In this document: positions 59,771 to 64,000 of the stretch, piece after piece
Layout of the letters: each line of letters begins with the position of its first letter
How positions within the stretch are numbered: position 1 is the first letter of the stretch
Program-made: the position numbers and the translations under genes
The notes under the pieces: generated by a model
Told to the model about the DNA's origin: nothing
Seen by the model: only the letters and a program-made list of their open reading frames with translations
The model's database searches: none
Origin: Asterionella formosa
Lineage: Eukaryota
Direction of reading: 5' to 3'
DNA length: 64,000 nucleotides
Assembly: GCA_002256025.1 (NCBI GenBank)
Contig: NKIB01009642.1
Location: forward strand, 1 to 64,000

Positions 59771-62700
59771 TCATCCATCTCGTGATCTCGAAACCTTCAC
59801 AATGAGGGACTGATGTTCGGTGGACAGGACTGGAAGAACCCATTCTCCACATCTAACATCCCTACATCCAAGCTGAATGTCGAGTCGGTAAAGGCCTTCA
59901 GTCCGAAGCGCTTGACATTCAATGGGCACAACGAAAGTGCCTGCAGGTGGGATTTGGAAAGAAAATGGAGGCATAACATCTATTTCGACTGACTCCCTTA
60001 ACCCAAAAGGACTGACTTCTTCAGACTGTGCTTCATCATCCTGACATCCGAAGTCTGTAGTATGGAGTGGTGCCACAAAGCGAAATCTGGTCCAAATCAA
60101 GAGATGAGAAAACGGCAGATTCGTTATCTCGTGAAGTGACTGTGCTATTTGCCCACTTGCCAAAATTGGAATTGGGGTTCCCGGATACACAGATATGCTT
60201 TCGATGTTCACATCATTCTCGTCGTTACTGATATCTTCTACCAGTAAAGACGCAGACTTTGGCACATCATCGTAGCGATTCAGATCGATGGAAAGTTGAA
60301 GACAGGATTGGGGGATGTTTTTTGATTCAAGAAATGATTTTGGAAAAGGAATCGGAACCTTCAGAATGCCTTCGAGGATATCAGTCATTGCTTTTGCTCG
60401 CACGGAAGCGTCCGTGGTCTTGTCCACCAAATTAACGACGATTTCGTCAAACTTCCGAAGTAACTGTGTCACAGACTGAGCTTGATCACCACGCGGCCAA
60501 AGACCGGGTGTATTGCTATCATTGTCCACGAGAAAGCTGTCAGACACTTCAAAAAAGAATCTGTGTCCGGTCTTACCAATATATCTACACATCGCGTGTA
60601 GAGTGCGAAAGGAGGTGCGAGATTCTTGGGACATGACCATGCCATACCGCTGATAAATTGAATAACATCGCGATGCCAATGCAAAAAAGCAGTTTACTGA
60701 GTTCATGAGATGCAAACCTGTTCGTGTCGTCACCTTCGGGATGCCCCCGGTGAGACGGCCTTCTTGACTAGTTTGTATCGTAACAGCAACAAGGTCAAGG
60801 AAGTCTATTCGTAAACGGAGAAACTCGATTTGAAAAGAAAACCTTGCGCCATATCCGCATATTTGGGACATAGAGTCAAGGTAGGACACTCCTGACTCGA
60901 GTAGAATCGATGCGCCAGTGATTCCTTTAGCGCCGTGTGCCAGCAAGGAGGCCTCAGCCTGCGATATCTTAGATAAAGCCACCATCCAAAGGAAAGATTC
61001 TTCGTTTTGCACCTTCGTTGAAAGATTCTCGTATATTTCCCTCGCGGTATCAAAGTTTCCAGTTACAAGGGCGTGGCGTCCCATTTTATAGGCGTCCCAT
61101 GGTTCTAATTCGGGTAGAAAGGCCTTTACCGCATCCAAATATTTAGCATCTGCTTTCTGTTCTGCAAAAAAATATCCCCGGCGCGTAGAAAGGAGAGCTG
61201 CAGCCAAGTGCCGCTTCGTCGACTTGTTTTCTTGCGATTGAAAAAGTGATAAGATATCGTGAGCCTTGGACATGGTTGCAGCGGGTTGGACTACAGCTAC
61301 GCACGCTATCAACTTTGAAATAGCATTAGAAAATTCGCTGTTGCTATCTGCCCAATGATCCCTCATTTGGGATGTAAGGTATCCCAGTAAATACAGTGCA
61401 AAGTATCCAGACCTCCGTGACGCAACGACACAAATCGAAGAAAGGCCTAGCTTCCCAGAAGGGTTGTTCACAAACGATTGATTCAGTGCAATTTGGATGC
61501 TTTCCAACGTTGGCTTGATGAATCTTCTGGTTTCATTAAGGGGCATATAGCAGAGAGCCAATACCAAGAGATCGGAAGCGCTCGATGAAATCGCTAGTTC
61601 AGAGTCCTGCAATAGTTGAATGGAAGCGTTCAGGAGGGTTGCGCGTTCAACTTGTAGTCCGGTCACGTCTTCGGTTTGTTCATCTGAGGATGCAATATCC
61701 AACATGAAGTAGAATAATGACCTGCTTGCTCTTAACAGCGCAGCTAATCGACAAGTTTGGAACGCGAACTGTTGGTTGCTTTGGCACATCGTGACTTGTT
61801 GTTGAATAGAGTTAAGAAGGTCAAACAGTGCCCTCCTCGTGAAGTGCTCATCGGCGTAATGGCGTGATCCATTGTATTCCATTATAAATTGTTCCAAAAG
61901 TCTGCCATTATTAGCATGTGTGCAGAACTCCTGTTTCTCGCAAACACATGTTCTTGGGTTGTTGATGGTCGATTCGAGTATGCGATTCCATTCCTCTTCA
62001 ACGCAAACGTCTAACCCGGTTTGCAATGCGATCTGTACGAGAGCACGATTTGCCAATTGGCAATCATGGGTACATATTGCTCCACGTGAAAAAGAATGCA
62101 GTGAAGCACGTAGATGCGAGATGGCTCCATCCATGAGGGGGCAAGACATTGAGTTAGACTCCGCCTCGGGAAGGACCAAGTTTTCGCACAAGATGTTGAC
62201 AAGCAAAATCCTATGGGAATAATGCAATTGAAACGAGTGCGCATATGGAGACTTCATCAGTCTTTGTGCTCGGATCCACGATGGCTTGTTCAACGTAGCT
62301 GCAGTTTTGGGTATCATTCGCGCGCTTGTGGTTGGTGCGATGCACATTGCAAGAAGATGGTAAATATCAATCTCTTGCTCATGCGCTGGTCGACCTGCTA
62401 GTAACGGCGCCAGCCCATTGTTAAGAAATGATATGAAGGAATTCTCCCGTTCAGTATCACTGCAAACTTCAAATTCCCCATACTCATGAGCGGCAAAGAA
62501 ACGACAGGTACTTTCTAGCCGCTCTTCAAGATCCAACGTGATAAATGCGTCCTGGTCAGTTCCCTCTGACCGATCAAGTTGAAAACGAAGGGTGAAAAAA
62601 TCATTTCCAGTCGAAGTGGGAACAAGGAAGCCTAGCAAGTATATGGCAGCGTATCGAAGAATTTGGGCAATCTCAGAATTCTTCATAAACGGGAACAGAG

Positions 62701-63009
62701 TGGAAGCTAGAGCCAGAATCTGAAAAATTGAAAGACGAGTTGGGCGTCATTAGGGACCGCAGCGGGTACGGATGTACTGGAAGCAGCTCAATTAATCGGT
62801 TAGTTACTTCTACTTACGTCTTCCCATCGCCTAGTCGAGTGTTTTCTGCTAGGAAGCCTTGGTTTCTTCGAGAAATGGTTTGGCGGGCTATCCAATAATG
62901 CTATTTCAACGAACAACGGGCGAGAACACGCTTGCTTTGCCTGGACTAGCAAATCAGCCACCTTCTTTCTCGTCTCTTGAGTGCTACCGGTATGCCAATT
63001 TCTCTGCAT
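59771..63009 (-). CDS. Integrator complex subunit 7-like, 2 exons (~63009-62818, 62719-59771)
   Basis: WDAYKMGRHAL..G.F..A..IYENL..KV..E....W..AL....AE and IPFPKSF resemble INTS7. Phase-0 intron 62817-62720. Start is uncertain. Confidence 0.6.
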
Positions 63010-63517
63010 AATAATCATTGATTGCAAAATGGAGACCTTCGTTTGTTTTGAAGCGCATAGCCGAGCAGTAATGGTTTCAAAGAGAGACAATCATGTGAAA
63101 TGTAATTTTACCCGCGGCATTATTACCTGCATGTTCTTGCTGCCGCTGCGTTTCTGCCTGATGGGCGGGCGGTCTGTGTTATTTCATATGTTTGTTTAGG
63201 TTACGGCCCCGGCTTAACCCTAGTTTGTGGAAAAAACTAGCTAGGGTTGTAAAATTGACGTGGAACAGGGAATTTGTTTCTGTGTAGTCCCATGATGCAA
63301 GTATCTGTCTGAATATTTAAACTAAGTAGAAAATGGGGCCACATTGACAGAGTTCTATTTCAAAAGGAATGAAGACGTTTATGTTATATCTACATTGCTC
63401 AATGTAGATATAATTTTACTCCCCACCAGAACACATGATGTATAGACTGTAACTACTAGTATATATACCTCGAGCGTAGAGTATAGTCATCTTTGAGCAA
63501 AAATATTAAGTCAAACA

Positions 63518-63983
63518 ATGCAACACCAATCAACCATGAGTTCTGTTGGATTGCCCCTACTAGTGAATACCAATCCTCTTCCATACAATCATGTTCCGTG
63601 CCCTACTTGTGTTGATTGTGTCATTGTTGAATCAGAAGTTTCAGGCTGTGGAAATCACATCTTCTGTGACTTTGCATGCCCAGAGTGTCAATGTTGGTCA
63701 ATGTTGATGGGACGAGATGGAAGAGTTAGTTGAGCAATACATGGAAACAAACTTAGTTCAGCTTCGACTTGACGAAGATATTATCACGCCGGGCCAAGGA
63801 AGAAACCTTATATACAAGTTTCTGGTCAAGACATTCTGTGGTTCACTTGGGAAAGGCATCCGAATGGAACTTCCAGATCGTTGCTTGAAGGGGGTTCGTT
63901 TGCTTCTCAAGAATAAGGACCCCAAATACGAGTACACTGGTTACCAACCAGTGTCTAAAAGTATCAAACATAGTAGAAAATGA
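63518..63983 (+). pseudogene. Frameshifted Cys-rich ORF pair resembling the P2X7 C-terminal (ballast/ZCD) domain
   Basis: RNLIYKF....CGSLGKGIRMELPDRCLKGVR....DP..EYTGY, preceded in an overlapping frame by CPTC..C and CPECQC. Confidence 0.5.
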
Positions 63984-64000
63984 GTGTTTGTCATATATTA

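Overview
Eukaryotic nuclear DNA, most likely a diatom. Evidence: short GT-AG introns of ~70-130 nt, signal-peptide + 'AF'-type plastid leaders, an FTO homologue and a CoDi-type copia remnant. About 18 protein genes sit in compact islands: PLP aminotransferase, lipoyl synthase, BTB protein, RPB2, TLS1/C9orf78-like, parvulin-MiaB, SPT16, DUF177, SGNH hydrolase, PsbQ-like, RAB3GAP2-like, FTO-ASCH, PES-like acyltransferase, rhomboid, a duplicated glycosyltransferase-like gene, DUF829, Tim44-like and INTS7-like. The islands are separated by AT-rich stretches of non-autonomous or decayed transposons, and there is one 10-N scaffold gap. Highlights: (1) an FTO demethylase fused in frame to an ASCH (PUA-like) domain; (2) palindromic TACC(A/T)GGTA arrays upstream of many genes, whose units match TA + element ends + TA for TIR elements found in this window, suggesting stacked Tc1/mariner excision footprints that renew their own landing sites; (3) a parvulin-MiaB fusion; (4) an apparently spliced micro-exon unit inside a 4.1 kb TIR element; (5) a small ORF resembling the P2X7 'ballast' domain. 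All protein calls come from recognising motifs by eye; no searches were run.
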